This document shows positions 9,321 to 20,264 of a DNA stretch of 37,473 nucleotides, in pieces; position 1 is the first letter of the stretch; every line of letters starts with the position of its first letter. Source of the DNA: a bacterium TMED144 (lineage in GTDB: Bacteria; Fidelibacterota; Marinisomatia; Marinisomatales; TCS55); the NCBI GenBank assembly GCA_002170005.2, contig NHGT02000015.1, forward strand, positions 48,571 through 86,043, in the 5' to 3' direction. The translations under genes and the position numbers were made by a program. The notes below the pieces were generated by a model. The model worked only from the letters and a program-made list of their open reading frames with translations, did no database searches and had not been told where the DNA came from.

Positions 9321-11168
9321 TCAAAAAGAATATCCCAAGCCAAAGTGCAATTGATTTAAACTTTTGTCATTTATACTTTCTCCATAGTCTATTCGAAGTG
9401 GACCAAATGGAGAATTGTAGGTTAAGCCTATTCCTCTGTTCCAAAAGATATTATCTAAGCTAATAATTCTAAGATCTTGAGATATTAAACCGCCATCATA
9501 AAAAAAGACCAACCCGATTTTTTCAGAAAAAGGTAATCTTATTTCCCAATTTGTTAAGAATTTAGCAGTATTTCCAAAAGGCAGTATTAATGTTAATGGA
9601 ATATCATCGCTCCCCACTTTCATTGAGATTGTGTCTTGCTCAAATTTCAAAGGCTTATATGCGCGTAAAGTATTACTACCCCCAAGATAAAATTTTTCAA
9701 AAAGTATAGTTTCATATTGATCATAATCTTCATTCCAGTTGAATATTTCACCTAAGTTTAGTCGGCCAGCCACATTTACTGTATTTAAAATATTTGAATA
9801 TGCTCTTAAATCCACTTCTAATTTTGAAAATGTTCTCTCTCCGCCTAATATCCCTCCATATCCATCTAATTTAAATTGAAAAAAAACTCCATTATTTGGA
9901 TATAGCGGGTTGTTCCTTTTGTCAATCGTAAGGTTTAATTTAATTTTTCTTTGTTCTATTTCATTTTGAAATAAAGAGCTTGATTCATCGAAGCGCTCAA
10001 AGCGCAAACCTAGATCAAAAAAAGACCTATTTTGATTCCATCTGAAAACATTGGAATACTGCAAACCGAATCTTTTGACATAAGGTCCCTGCTCATCCCC
10101 ATAGTTTTTAAATTGCTGATAAAATAACTCTAATTGAATCGGCAATCTTAAGGATAATGGACGTTGATTTGATATTTTAAAGTCAAAACTAAACCTGGGA
10201 TATACAAAACCTTCCTCAGTGGGCATTACAACAGCACCTTTTGCATCAAACTTATTTTTACTATTAAAAATCATTCTTTCTGTCCAGTTTACAGAACCTC
10301 CAAACCCAATCATCGAGCTTATTCCAGGTACATATTCAATATCATATGAACCAATATCAAAGTTTTGGACACCTCTATTTTCGTATTCACGAATTCTAAT
10401 TTCTAAATTTATTAGACTATCAGAATTTGACAAAGAATGTGTTATGATGCTTAAAGATGACAGGATATTTAATTCATAAATATTTTTTTTTGTTTTTTCA
10501 ATTGATAATTTTCTGAATAAATCTCCTTTTTTATAATCAATTTCTTTTCTTATTGATAAGGTATCTATTCGATTATTGCCAGTTATCCAAGTGTTGTTGA
10601 TATATACATCTTTACCTTCTCTAATAGATATTGATAGATTGACAGAATCATTTATAGATTGATTAACATCGAACTCAGAAAATAATTTACCTTTATTCTG
10701 AAGTTTTTCATCAAGAAGTGTTAAGTTTTTATTTATTTTAATAGGATTGTAATATTCACCTTTATTAAGTCCTAGGGTTGATAAAATTTCTTTATTTGAT
10801 AGGGCTTTATTGCCATTGACCTCAATAACATTTAAAAAGTACTGCTTACCCTCATCAACTATAAAAAATATATCAGCTGATTGATCAATAATTTTGAAAG
10901 AGTCTTTAACTGTTGCTTCCAGAAAGCCATATGAATTATATAAGCTCTTGATTGATATTGCATCTAATTTGAGTAATCTTCTATCAAAATCAATATCACT
11001 AAATCTAAAAAGAGATGATGTTTTTAACTCAACCTGCTTTAACAATTCTTTATTGCTTAAGTTGTTATTTCCAATAAATTTTACGTTTCCAACAGATATT
11101 TGATTATTCTGAGGAAAAAGAAAATTCAAATTAATAAATGAAAAAAAAAGAAACTTTTTTAAGTTCAT
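9321..11168 (-). CDS. Omp85-family outer membrane protein (TamA/BamA-like, POTRA domains plus beta-barrel)
   Basis: 615 aa with a signal peptide and no lipobox Cys. The N-terminus has POTRA-like repeats (ISVGNVKFIGNNNLSNKELL..., IEVNGNKALSNKEI...). The C-terminus is a bacterial surface antigen barrel ending in the aromatic beta-signal ...LHFGLGYSF. The size matches TamA (3 POTRA domains) rather than BamA. It lies directly downstream of tamB. Confidence 0.8.
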   Translation of the reverse strand: MNLKKFLFFSFINLNFLFPQNNQISVGNVKFIGNNNLSNKELLKQVELKTSSLFRFSDIDFDRRLLKLDAISIKSLYNSYGFLEATVKDSFKIIDQSADIFFIVDEGKQYFLNVIEVNGNKALSNKEILSTLGLNKGEYYNPIKINKNLTLLDEKLQNKGKLFSEFDVNQSINDSVNLSISIREGKDVYINNTWITGNNRIDTLSIRKEIDYKKGDLFRKLSIEKTKKNIYELNILSSLSIITHSLSNSDSLINLEIRIREYENRGVQNFDIGSYDIEYVPGISSMIGFGGSVNWTERMIFNSKNKFDAKGAVVMPTEEGFVYPRFSFDFKISNQRPLSLRLPIQLELFYQQFKNYGDEQGPYVKRFGLQYSNVFRWNQNRSFFDLGLRFERFDESSSLFQNEIEQRKIKLNLTIDKRNNPLYPNNGVFFQFKLDGYGGILGGERTFSKLEVDLRAYSNILNTVNVAGRLNLGEIFNWNEDYDQYETILFEKFYLGGSNTLRAYKPLKFEQDTISMKVGSDDIPLTLILPFGNTAKFLTNWEIRLPFSEKIGLVFFYDGGLISQDLRIISLDNIFWNRGIGLTYNSPFGPLRIDYGESINDKSLNQLHFGLGYSF

Positions 11169-11174
11169 ATGATA

Positions 11175-14100
11175 TCAATAAACACGTCTAACTCTAAACT
11201 TCATATGGACTTTGCCTGTTTCGTCCACATTGCCGATTAAAGAAACATTGGGGTTTAATTTATACTCAACACCGACTTTATTTTTATATGCTGATCCTAA
11301 AGAGAATGATCTTTGATAGCTCAAGCTAAAATTTTGATTTAGTTTTGCGCTTATACTAAACTCTTCATCAGAATTTTGTCTAATTAATTCAGATGTGCCA
11401 GATATATCAACATCTTCAATTAATCCAGTTGCCTTTAGACCCGTAGTTTTAATAAAGTTTCTTTCTAATTGTTTTTCTAAATAAGCCCCAATCATGGTCT
11501 GTGCTTGAGTTTCAAGACCTTCGGTCGAAAATCCTTCCTCCGAGACTCTTGTATTGAATGTTAATAATTGCAAAATATCACTTTCTGAATAGCCCTGATC
11601 GCTATTAAACGACCATTCAGGATTGTCAAATGGTCCATAAACTCCAAGATTTATATTCGCATCACCAATCTTTGTTGAAGCAGTTAATTCAAGAAAAGGA
11701 TTGAACCCAACCCCATCAAAAGTCATCCTGCCTTGTAAATTTTCAAAAACATCCCCTAAGTAATAGTAAATATCTCCCTCAACAAACTCAATTTCTCCTG
11801 AATAATTCCAATCATCATCAAATTGTTTTGACAAAGCAATCTCGCCAGATACCTTTGCATCAATTTGTGAATTTCTTATAGAAAAGGTGTTTTCAATTGG
11901 AAATCTTATAGCATAATTCGTGTAAGTTTTTTTTCTTCTATTTGTTAACGTTTCAGAATCGTTATTAGTAAATTCGGTATAAAGAGCACCATTTTTTGCT
12001 GAAATTTTTCCTGTTATATCAATGGTATCTCTTCCAGTTAATGAAATTTGAATATCTCCATACCCTTCCATATCACTATTTAATGATCTGTAAAAGATAT
12101 CATTTCCATTAATGTTTAAATTGTATTTTGGCACGAAAAATCTTTCAAAATCAATTTCTCCACTTACATATAGATTTGTAAGATCGTCTTTTTTCCTATT
12201 TTGAGAATCATTTAAAGATCCATTGAAGCTATTAATTTCTAAAAGATTATTTTTTAAGATACCTTCGGCATTAAATTTTCGTACTGGCTCATCCATTAAG
12301 ACGGTATAGATTTGACCATTATTAACAACTATTTTGCCGTTTCTGTTATATCTTTTACGGTCTCTTTTAATAGATAAATCTATGCTTATATCTCCAGATA
12401 TAGAATCTATGTCCGAGAGATACTCAGTTAAAAAAATAGCAGATTCAAATTTTCCGGAAGAATTTAGTTCAAATTTTCCTTTTTCGTAAAATTTTGAAAT
12501 ATTAATTGAATGTAGGTCTAAATCGACTGGAATTTTACCGCTAGCTTTTGCGGAATTTTGGTTCAACAAAGAAATTACGTTGCTCATTATTATAGACTTA
12601 TCTTTGTAGCTCATTTCACCAGAAACTTTACCAAGCGGGATTTTATCGTAAAATGTATTTTCAATGAACCCTTTAAGATTGTAAGAAGTATTTTTGACGG
12701 TGCCAGATACATCCAATATGCCAGTATAATCTCCTTTGATTTTATTTTTTATTTCAGGTACGAAATTTTCAAATATTGATAAATCAAAATTATTAAAAAC
12801 TGATTTTATTTGGACTTTTCTTAATAAATCATTCTTTAAATCTATTGGCACCGAACCTTCAACATCAAAACTGTACAAAGAATCATCAAGCAACTTAAAT
12901 TCATCTACAATTAACAGCTGATTGTTATAGGATAGGTCTAAAGATAGATCATCGAAATCTTGAGTGAAAAAATTGCCATTCTTTGCTGTTATATCTAAAT
13001 CAAGTGTGTTTTTATCATTTTCATTAAAAGATAATTCACCGAAAAGATTTCCATTTAAGTCTTTAAAAATATCATTATTAAATAATTTAAAAAACTCAGT
13101 TGTAACATTTGAAAATATCATATTACCCCGAAAAGGGTTAGTTGAGAAATAACCATTCAATACTCCATCATCAGCATGTATTTCAAAAGGCAAAAGCTTT
13201 ATTTTATCACCATAATGTATAGTAATTGGCCGTGGATTAGCAAAATAGTGTTGGTTGTATAAAATTTGGAATCTTGTTAATTCAATTTTATTGAAGTCTT
13301 CAACAATAAGGTTTAATTGAAAATAATCATTTTGATTTTTTATTTCAAAACTTTCAACATCAATAATATTTTTATCTAGAGAAATATCTAATGAGCCATT
13401 GTCAAAAATAAAATTTTTATATTTTCCTTTGCCTATTTTGAAATTCAGAAAACCATTTTTTTTGCTATTAATATTTTTTATATCACCATTAAGAATAAAA
13501 GATTTCAAGTTTAAATCTCTATACGAAAAGTCCTCAATATTCAGATTGAAATTAGTATTTATGTTTTTAAATGAACCTTTAATATCCATAAAACCATTTG
13601 CGAAACCATTATTTAATGAATCAGACCAAAAATTATTAATCAAAAAAACAGAAGCGTCCATTAACTCAAGATTTAAATCAGAATACATTTTTAAAAAATC
13701 TATATTTCCACTCATCGTTACGAGCGATGAACCTATGCCTAAGCTTATTGGATTAGTTATATCTAATGAATTATTAAAAAAAGATACACCTCCAGCAACT
13801 GAGGCCTCTCTTCCCCTAAAAAGCTGTGATTCATTAATTTCAACATTTAAGTCAACAGATGAAATTGTAGATTCAGTAAACTCACCATCAGCAAGAATAA
13901 AGCCAGAGAGGTTTGTCGCTCTCGAGTCAATTAGCCACTGGCTCAGATCGAAATTACTTAGTTGCATAATTGAATTAAATTTTCCATTTTTCTCATATAT
14001 GCCATTCAAATTTAAATTTGTATTATTTCCTGAAAGGCTAAGATTGCTTATCTCAAAAAAACTGCCCTTATCAAAAACATTAAAATTGCCATCCATATTT

Positions 14101-14942
14101 AATCCTAAATTATTTTTTATAATTAAATCGCCATCAAAATAGTTGAGATCTGATTTAAAATTAAATTGAGCTGTAAAATCTGATAAATCAGGCTTCAATG
14201 GAAATTGTGAAAATATTTTTTCAGGAACTTTGTAGTTATCGAAAGTAATTTCTCCAATGAGTTTGTTTTTTATTTTTTCATCATAATCTATATGACCAGC
14301 AAATGATAAATCATTAATTGATGCGTTACTAAATTCTGCAGAAATTTTACTTTCCTCAATAAAACCAAAAAGATTATAAACCTCAAAACTCATAGCGGGA
14401 GACAATGCTGCTAACTTGAATTTTTTTAAATCAAATGATAGATTTGTTTCATCGGAATCTAACTTACCATTTAATTGAAAATTAACTTTCTTAATCTCTT
14501 CATTGATTGGTAGAAAAATATCTCCATCTATTTCAAGCGAATTTATATTTAGCGGAATTTTTCCTTCAGAGAAGAATATATTTTCAGGTGATTTAACTAT
14601 ATCATTGCCATCGAACCATGGTCTTATTTTTACATTTGATACGGAAATATATTTAATTTCTATATTTTTTTTTAATAACGAAAAGAGACCTAAGCTAGCA
14701 TTTATCTTAGGAAAATATAGCGATGCACCATTATCATGTGTTAACAAAACATCATTTGCAGTAAGTGAGGTAAACAAATGGCCTTTAAATTTGTTCGTAT
14801 TTATTGCCCAACCTTGCTTTGAAAGCTGTTCTTTTAAAGAATGGTCGATTTTTTCTTGCCAAAAGCTCGGCCTAAAAATAATTGCTACAAAGAGTAAAAA
14901 AAATGCTAAAGCAATTAAAGAGTAAATTTTCTGTCTAAGCAT
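11175..14942 (-). CDS. tamB: Translocation and assembly module protein TamB (DUF490 family)
   Basis: 1255 aa. It has an N-terminal signal-anchor (IYSLIALAFFLLFVAIIF) and a long beta-rich repetitive body. The C-terminal TamB/DUF490-like region contains GDANINLGVYGPFDNPEWSF. The length is close to that of E. coli TamB. It is paired with an Omp85 gene. Confidence 0.8.
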   Translation of the reverse strand: MLRQKIYSLIALAFFLLFVAIIFRPSFWQEKIDHSLKEQLSKQGWAINTNKFKGHLFTSLTANDVLLTHDNGASLYFPKINASLGLFSLLKKNIEIKYISVSNVKIRPWFDGNDIVKSPENIFFSEGKIPLNINSLEIDGDIFLPINEEIKKVNFQLNGKLDSDETNLSFDLKKFKLAALSPAMSFEVYNLFGFIEESKISAEFSNASINDLSFAGHIDYDEKIKNKLIGEITFDNYKVPEKIFSQFPLKPDLSDFTAQFNFKSDLNYFDGDLIIKNNLGLNMDGNFNVFDKGSFFEISNLSLSGNNTNLNLNGIYEKNGKFNSIMQLSNFDLSQWLIDSRATNLSGFILADGEFTESTISSVDLNVEINESQLFRGREASVAGGVSFFNNSLDITNPISLGIGSSLVTMSGNIDFLKMYSDLNLELMDASVFLINNFWSDSLNNGFANGFMDIKGSFKNINTNFNLNIEDFSYRDLNLKSFILNGDIKNINSKKNGFLNFKIGKGKYKNFIFDNGSLDISLDKNIIDVESFEIKNQNDYFQLNLIVEDFNKIELTRFQILYNQHYFANPRPITIHYGDKIKLLPFEIHADDGVLNGYFSTNPFRGNMIFSNVTTEFFKLFNNDIFKDLNGNLFGELSFNENDKNTLDLDITAKNGNFFTQDFDDLSLDLSYNNQLLIVDEFKLLDDSLYSFDVEGSVPIDLKNDLLRKVQIKSVFNNFDLSIFENFVPEIKNKIKGDYTGILDVSGTVKNTSYNLKGFIENTFYDKIPLGKVSGEMSYKDKSIIMSNVISLLNQNSAKASGKIPVDLDLHSINISKFYEKGKFELNSSGKFESAIFLTEYLSDIDSISGDISIDLSIKRDRKRYNRNGKIVVNNGQIYTVLMDEPVRKFNAEGILKNNLLEINSFNGSLNDSQNRKKDDLTNLYVSGEIDFERFFVPKYNLNINGNDIFYRSLNSDMEGYGDIQISLTGRDTIDITGKISAKNGALYTEFTNNDSETLTNRRKKTYTNYAIRFPIENTFSIRNSQIDAKVSGEIALSKQFDDDWNYSGEIEFVEGDIYYYLGDVFENLQGRMTFDGVGFNPFLELTASTKIGDANINLGVYGPFDNPEWSFNSDQGYSESDILQLLTFNTRVSEEGFSTEGLETQAQTMIGAYLEKQLERNFIKTTGLKATGLIEDVDISGTSELIRQNSDEEFSISAKLNQNFSLSYQRSFSLGSAYKNKVGVEYKLNPNVSLIGNVDETGKVHMKFRVRRVY

Positions 14943-15042
14943 AATAATTGTTGTTCATATGCTTCTAAATATAAGTTTATTTGATTTGAAACAAAAAAGT
15001 GTTCTTGTGTTGAAGTATTAGTCCATTTATTCAATTGCAATT

Positions 15043-16953
15043 CTAGTCTACTACCTCAAAATCAGCATCTTCGATTTCATCCTTTTTCTTTTTCTTTGTT
15101 TCGGATTTGTCATTTGTACTATTTTTAGTTGAATCTTCATTTTTTTCTTCGTTTTTGGATGTTTCATACATCTTAGAAGCAACTTCGCTCCATGCTTTAT
15201 TTAAACTATCTAAAGAAGATTTTAATGTCTCAAGATTTGAACTGTCTTTATTTTTCTTGAGATCTTCCAAAGCGTTGTTCAAATTTTTCATATCATCTTT
15301 TTGAATTTTTTCTTTATGTTCTTCAATATTCTTATCAGTTTGATATATCAGTTGCTCGGCTTGGTTTTGACAATCTATTAGCTCTCTTTTAGCTTTGTCT
15401 TCACCTTCATGCTTTTTTGCATTATTTACCATTTTTTCAACTTCAGCATCTGATAATCCGCTTGAAGCTTCTATTCTTATGCTTTGCTCTTTCCCTGTAG
15501 CTTTATCTTTTGCTCCCACATTCAAAATTCCATTTGCATCAATATCGAATGTTACTTCAACTTGAGGAACTCCTCTCGGTGAGGGAGGTATTCCATCTAA
15601 ATGAAAACGTCCAATAGTTTTGTTGTCAACAGCCATTTCTCGCTCTCCTTGAAGGACATGAATTTCTACAGTAGTTTGGTTATCCGCTGCTGTAGAAAAT
15701 ACTTGGGATTTTTTAGTGGGTATTGTTGTGTTTCTTTCTATTAGTTTTGTAGATACATTGCCCAAGGTTTCAATACCTAAGGAGAGAGGTGTAACGTCTA
15801 AAAGTAATATATCATCAACATCTCCCGCTAGGACACCCCCTTGAATGGCTGCACCTAAAGCTACAACTTCATCGGGATCAACACTTTTGTTTGGTTCCTT
15901 GCCAAAGATTTCTTTAACAACATCCTGAATAGCTGGAATTCTAGTTGAACCTCCAACCAATATTACTTCATTAATTTTTGATATGTCTAAGCCAGCATCT
16001 TTAATTGCTTTCTCGCAAGGATTTATCGTTCTTTTAACTAGGGTTGAAACGAGATCCTCAAACTTTGCTCTAGTTAAATTCAGATTTAAATGTTTAGGTC
16101 CTGAAGAATCGGCAGTTATAAACGGCAGATTAATCTCAGTTTGCTTAGAGCTTGAAAGTTCTTTTTTTGCTATTTCAGCAGACTCTCTAAGTCTTTGTAA
16201 TGCCATAGGATCTTTTTTTAGATCTATTCCGTCACTTTTCATAAACTCACTTGCTATCCAATCAATAATAATCTGATCAAAATCGTCTCCACCTAGATGA
16301 GTGTCTCCATTGGTAGATTTAACTTCAAAGACTCCATCTCCAAGCTCAAGTATAGAAATATCAAATGTACCACCTCCTAAATCAAAAACAGCTACAATTT
16401 CCTCTTTTTTCTTATCTAGGCCATAAGCTAGAGAAGCTGCTGTAGGTTCATTTATAATTCTTCTAACGTTTAATCCTGCAATTTTACCAGCGTCTTTAGT
16501 TGCTTGTCTTTGGGTGTCATTAAAATATGCAGGTACAGTTATTACAGCATCAGTTACTTGAGATCCAAGATATTCTTCAGCTGTTTGTTTAAGTTTTTGT
16601 AATACCATAGCACTAATCTCAGGTGGTGTATAAGTTTTATTGTTAGAATCAACAACGACTGACCCTGAATCAGATTTTTTTAAATTGTAGGGAATCTCTT
16701 TTAAATCGTTTTTAATCTCATCGAAAGTTCTTCCCATAAATCTCTTAATAGAAAAAATTGTATTTTGTGGATTTGTTACTGCTTGTCTTTTCGCAGGCTG
16801 ACCAACCAATCTTTCACCTTCTTTAGTAAATGCAGCAATGGATGGGGTTGTTCTTCCTCCTTCAGTGCTGCTAATAACTGTAGGTTCACCACCTTCTAAA
16901 ACAGCAACACAGGAATTTGTAGTACCAAGATCTATACCAATGATTTTGCTCAT
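15043..16953 (-). CDS. dnaK: Molecular chaperone DnaK (Hsp70)
   Basis: 636 aa with [23 protein letters not shown] and [11 protein letters not shown]. It has an acidic/lysine-rich C-terminus ending EDADFEVVD. Confidence 0.97.
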   Translation of the reverse strand: MSKIIGIDLGTTNSCVAVLEGGEPTVISSTEGGRTTPSIAAFTKEGERLVGQPAKRQAVTNPQNTIFSIKRFMGRTFDEIKNDLKEIPYNLKKSDSGSVVVDSNNKTYTPPEISAMVLQKLKQTAEEYLGSQVTDAVITVPAYFNDTQRQATKDAGKIAGLNVRRIINEPTAASLAYGLDKKKEEIVAVFDLGGGTFDISILELGDGVFEVKSTNGDTHLGGDDFDQIIIDWIASEFMKSDGIDLKKDPMALQRLRESAEIAKKELSSSKQTEINLPFITADSSGPKHLNLNLTRAKFEDLVSTLVKRTINPCEKAIKDAGLDISKINEVILVGGSTRIPAIQDVVKEIFGKEPNKSVDPDEVVALGAAIQGGVLAGDVDDILLLDVTPLSLGIETLGNVSTKLIERNTTIPTKKSQVFSTAADNQTTVEIHVLQGEREMAVDNKTIGRFHLDGIPPSPRGVPQVEVTFDIDANGILNVGAKDKATGKEQSIRIEASSGLSDAEVEKMVNNAKKHEGEDKAKRELIDCQNQAEQLIYQTDKNIEEHKEKIQKDDMKNLNNALEDLKKNKDSSNLETLKSSLDSLNKAWSEVASKMYETSKNEEKNEDSTKNSTNDKSETKKKKKDEIEDADFEVVD

Positions 16954-17002
16954 AAATTTTTTCCTATTTATTAATGAATAAGGGCTTTAAATATTATAAC
17001 AA

Positions 17003-17031
17003 ATTATATGCCAAAATAAAAAATATGCCAA
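17003..17031 (-). promoter_or_regulatory. Candidate sigma-70-type promoter for dnaK
   Basis: On the minus strand there is a TTGGCA (17031-17026), an exact 17-nt spacer, then TATAAT (17008-17003). It sits about 50 nt upstream of the dnaK ATG, in one of only two ~100-bp gaps in the window. The sequence is AT-rich, so chance matches are a real risk. Confidence 0.35.
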
Positions 17032-17066
17032 AATGACATAAAGTGATTATTATTTAAATAGTTTTA

Positions 17067-19544
17067 TTATGAGGAAGGGATTTGCTTTTTATTGGTTATT
17101 TTTTTTCTTTTAAAATTTATAGGCTCAAATGTAAATATATTGTTTTTAACATCAATTTTAACACCAGCAACGTTTTTAAATTGTTTACCAGCAAGCAATA
17201 ATTCTGAAAGAGGATTTTCAATTGAATTTTGAATTTCTCTTCTTAAAAACCTAACTCCGTATTCAAGGCTAAACCCATTCTTTGATAATAGTCTCTTCGC
17301 TTTTTTTGATACAACCAAAGAAAGATTTAATTCTTTTAAATTTTCAATTAGATCTTCAAGCTGAAGATCTATAATATCAATTACTTTTTCAGGTCTAAGG
17401 GTGTGATAAACAATGCAATCATCTAATCTGTTAATAAATTCGGGGTTAAATGCATCCTTTACTTTATCAATTATTTTATCTTCAATCAATTTATGATTAT
17501 TATATAATTCTTCATCTACAAATCCATAGGAAGAATTTCCAAGAATCTCTTTTGTTCCTATATTTGATGTTAAAATTATTATTGTATTTTTAAAATCAAT
17601 AATTCTTCCTAGGCTATCAGTAAGTCTACCCTCGTCAAAAAGTTGAAGCAAAATATTAAATATATCAGGGTGAGCTTTTTCTATTTCATCAAATAATACC
17701 ACAGAAAATGGATTTCTTCTTACTTTTTCAGTTAGCTCACCACCATCATCATAACCCACATATCCAGGGGGTGCTCCAATTAATCTTGATACTGTAAATT
17801 TTTCAGAATACTCACTCATATCAAGCTTTATTAATGATTCATCTTTTGAGAATAAATATTTTGCTAAAGCTTTAGCTGTTTCTGTTTTTCCAACTCCTGT
17901 TGGACCTAAAAATAAAAAAACACCAATTGGTCTATCTTTTCTTTTTAATCCTGCCCTAGACCGTTGCATTGCTTTTGATAATATTTCTAATGGTTTTTTC
18001 TGACCAATTATTTTTTTTGAAAGTTCGAAATTCATTTTTAACAAATTTTCAGCTTCATTTTGAGCAACTTTATTTACTGGTATCGTTGTTACCATCGAAA
18101 TCATATCGGCTATATCATTTTCTGTAATTGTTACAGGATTTGATTTCTCATCAATTTTCCAATTTTTTTGAAGTTTAGAAAGTTTGTTTAATAATTTTTG
18201 CTCTATATCTCTAAAACTAGCAGCATCTTCAAACTTTTGAGCTACCACAACAGAGTTTTTTTCGCTCCTAACCTTTTCGATTTCTTTCTCTAGGTCAATA
18301 ACTTCTTTCGGAACTTTCATATTTATCATGTGTGCTCTTGATCCCGCTTCATCCATAATATCAATTGCTTTATCAGGAAGATATTTATCAGAAATATATC
18401 TATCAGACATTGTAACACAAGCTCTAATAGCATCGTTATCGTAGTAGACATTATGGTGTTTTTCATAAGTCTTTTTTAAACCATTTAATATATCAACTGA
18501 TTCTTGAATTGAAGGAGGAGAGATATTGATCTTTTGAAATCTTCGTTCTAAAGCACCATCCTTTTCAACATATTTTCTATATTCATCATTTGTAGTAGCT
18601 CCAATACAGTGTATGTCACCACGTGCAAGAGCTGGCTTAAACATATTTGATGCATCAAGAGAGCCTGAAGCGCTTCCAGCGCCGACAATGGTATGAAGTT
18701 CATCAATAAATAGAACTAAATCATTGTTAGTTTCTAATTCAGTCATTATCGTCTTCATTCGTTCTTCAAATTGGCCTCTATATTTAGTTCCAGCTATTAA
18801 TCCTGCTAAGTCCAAAGATAGAATTCTTTTATTATGCAGTAAACGTGGGACATCTTTTTTTATTACTCGCTGTGCCAATCCTTCAATTATTGCGGTTTTA
18901 CCAACACCTGGCTCGCCTACAAGAGCAGGGTTGTTTTTCTTTCTTCTAGACAGTATCTGAGCAACTCTTTCTATTTCTTTATATCTTCCAATAACAGGAT
19001 CTAATTTATTTTCTTTCGCTAGAAGTGTTATATCTCTTGAAAAATGATCAAGAGCAGGAGTTTTTGATTTACCTGATTTTTCAATCTTATTAGATTGCTC
19101 TGTTTTATCTGAAGATGATTCATCATGAATCAAATCAAGAACACTCTCATAGTCTAAATTATGGGAATTTAAAACTTCATAGGCTATGCCTTCGTTTTCT
19201 TTTAGCATTGATAGTAATAAATGCTCATCATCGGCAATAGTTGACCCTAGAGATGTTGCTTCATTAAAAGCATTTCTCAATATTCTTTCAGCTCTTCTTG
19301 TTAGGGGTAGGTGTCCCAGCGTCATAGTTCCGCCAGAAGTCTTAATCATATCTTCAATCATTGATTGTATATCAACAATACTGCAGTCGTAAATATCTAA
19401 AATTTTATAACTCAAGCCTGAGTCTTCTTTTAACAATCCTAACAAAAGATGTTCTGAACCAACATAGCTGTGGCCCAATCTAATTGCTTCCTCTTTAGCA
19501 AATTTAAGGATGTTTTGAACTCTATTTGAAAAATTTTCTTTCAT
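17067..19544 (-). CDS. clpC: ATP-dependent Clp protease ATP-binding subunit, ClpC type (class I AAA+ unfoldase)
   Basis: 825 aa. It has duplicated Clp N-domain repeats, two AAA+ modules (GEPGVGKT and GPTGVGKT) and a short UVR-like middle domain ([32 protein letters not shown]), which is typical of ClpC rather than ClpB. Confidence 0.85.
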   Translation of the reverse strand: MKENFSNRVQNILKFAKEEAIRLGHSYVGSEHLLLGLLKEDSGLSYKILDIYDCSIVDIQSMIEDMIKTSGGTMTLGHLPLTRRAERILRNAFNEATSLGSTIADDEHLLLSMLKENEGIAYEVLNSHNLDYESVLDLIHDESSSDKTEQSNKIEKSGKSKTPALDHFSRDITLLAKENKLDPVIGRYKEIERVAQILSRRKKNNPALVGEPGVGKTAIIEGLAQRVIKKDVPRLLHNKRILSLDLAGLIAGTKYRGQFEERMKTIMTELETNNDLVLFIDELHTIVGAGSASGSLDASNMFKPALARGDIHCIGATTNDEYRKYVEKDGALERRFQKINISPPSIQESVDILNGLKKTYEKHHNVYYDNDAIRACVTMSDRYISDKYLPDKAIDIMDEAGSRAHMINMKVPKEVIDLEKEIEKVRSEKNSVVVAQKFEDAASFRDIEQKLLNKLSKLQKNWKIDEKSNPVTITENDIADMISMVTTIPVNKVAQNEAENLLKMNFELSKKIIGQKKPLEILSKAMQRSRAGLKRKDRPIGVFLFLGPTGVGKTETAKALAKYLFSKDESLIKLDMSEYSEKFTVSRLIGAPPGYVGYDDGGELTEKVRRNPFSVVLFDEIEKAHPDIFNILLQLFDEGRLTDSLGRIIDFKNTIIILTSNIGTKEILGNSSYGFVDEELYNNHKLIEDKIIDKVKDAFNPEFINRLDDCIVYHTLRPEKVIDIIDLQLEDLIENLKELNLSLVVSKKAKRLLSKNGFSLEYGVRFLRREIQNSIENPLSELLLAGKQFKNVAGVKIDVKNNIFTFEPINFKRKKITNKKQIPSS

Positions 19545-19574
19545 TTGATTACATTTCTCAGGATTACTAGAATA

Positions 19575-20264
19575 CTATTTAAAGCGATCTCTTATTTTAA
19601 ATTGATTTTTTGTAATCTCAAATTTTTTATTTCCAAGTTTCGATAGTTTTTTATTATGGGTAGATAGTACAATAGTCTGATCAAATTCTTCTCTAACTTT
19701 TAGCAAAAGATCAATTAATCTTTCAGCATTCTCAGCATCGAGATTTCCTGTTGGCTCATCAGCAAGTATAATTTTAGGGTTATTCATCAAAGCTCTAGCG
19801 ACAGAGACTCTGGCTTTTTCACCTCCAGATAATTGGCTAGGAAAAGAATTTATTTTGTCAACAATTTGGACGTGGTCAAGTAGATCTTTTGCCATTGAAT
19901 AATTAGGTTTTTTTTCAGCGATTAAATTTGGCATTATGACATTGTCTATAACATTAAATTCAGGAATTAAATGATGAAACTGGAATATAAAACCAATCAT
20001 ATTCAGTCTAAGATCTGATAATTGATTATCACTAAATTTAGAAAGGTCTAATCCATCAAATTGAATTGAACCAGAGTCGGGTTTGTCCAATGTTCCAATT
20101 ATATTTAAAAGTGTTGACTTTCCTATGCCACTAGGACCTACGACTGTAACAAAATCTTTTTCTTTAATTTCAAACGATATTTTTTTTAAAACAGGCAATA
20201 TATTATTTCCATTTCCATAGCTTTTATAAATATTCCTTGCCGCTATTAGTGAGATTTCAGTCAT
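19575..20264 (-). CDS. lolD: Lipoprotein-releasing system ATP-binding protein LolD (ABC ATPase)
   Basis: 229 aa. Walker A is GPSGIGKST, the signature is LSGGEKARV and Walker B is ILADEPTGNLD. It overlaps the upstream FtsX-type permease gene by 4 nt (ATGA). Confidence 0.8.
   Translation of the reverse strand: MTEISLIAARNIYKSYGNGNNILPVLKKISFEIKEKDFVTVVGPSGIGKSTLLNIIGTLDKPDSGSIQFDGLDLSKFSDNQLSDLRLNMIGFIFQFHHLIPEFNVIDNVIMPNLIAEKKPNYSMAKDLLDHVQIVDKINSFPSQLSGGEKARVSVARALMNNPKIILADEPTGNLDAENAERLIDLLLKVREEFDQTIVLSTHNKKLSKLGNKKFEITKNQFKIRDRFK

Noticed and set aside
13399-14142. A 247-aa plus-strand ORF, the longest plus-strand ORF in the window, lies antisense to tamB.
   Set aside because: It is entirely embedded antisense in a well-supported 1255-aa gene. 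The translation is low-complexity and F/L/K/S/I-rich, as expected from the complement of an AT-rich coding strand, where stop codons are depleted in one antisense frame. It has no recognisable motif and no independent start context.
15033-15042. A perfect 10-bp palindrome, AATTGCAATT, lies immediately after the dnaK stop. Together with a nearby T-tract (cacttttttg on the minus strand) it could be a terminator or operator.
   Set aside because: A loop-less AT-rich palindrome cannot form a stable terminator stem. The sequence preceding the T-tract has no inverted repeat. Short AT palindromes are common by chance in this composition.
14943-15042. A possible promoter for tamB: TTGTTT-17 nt-TATTTA, or a Bacteroidetes-like TTTG ... 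TAtaTTTA pair.
   Set aside because: Both hexamers are weak matches in a ~100-bp AT-rich gap where such matches are expected. I cannot distinguish it from background without TSS data.
17003-17034. The TGGCA repeats upstream of dnaK could be read as a sigma-54 (-24/-12) promoter.
   Set aside because: The two GG(C) elements are 17-18 nt apart rather than the roughly 11-nt GG-to-GC offset of TGGCAC-N5-TTGCA. No TTGC element sits at the right distance.
17004-17039. An 11-codon upstream ORF (ATG TCA TTT TGG CAT ATT TTT TAT TTT GGC ATA TAA) sits in the dnaK upstream gap and could be a leader peptide.
   Set aside because: It coincides with the candidate -35/-10 elements, so it would not be transcribed from that promoter. 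It has no SD, and such short ORFs are expected by chance.
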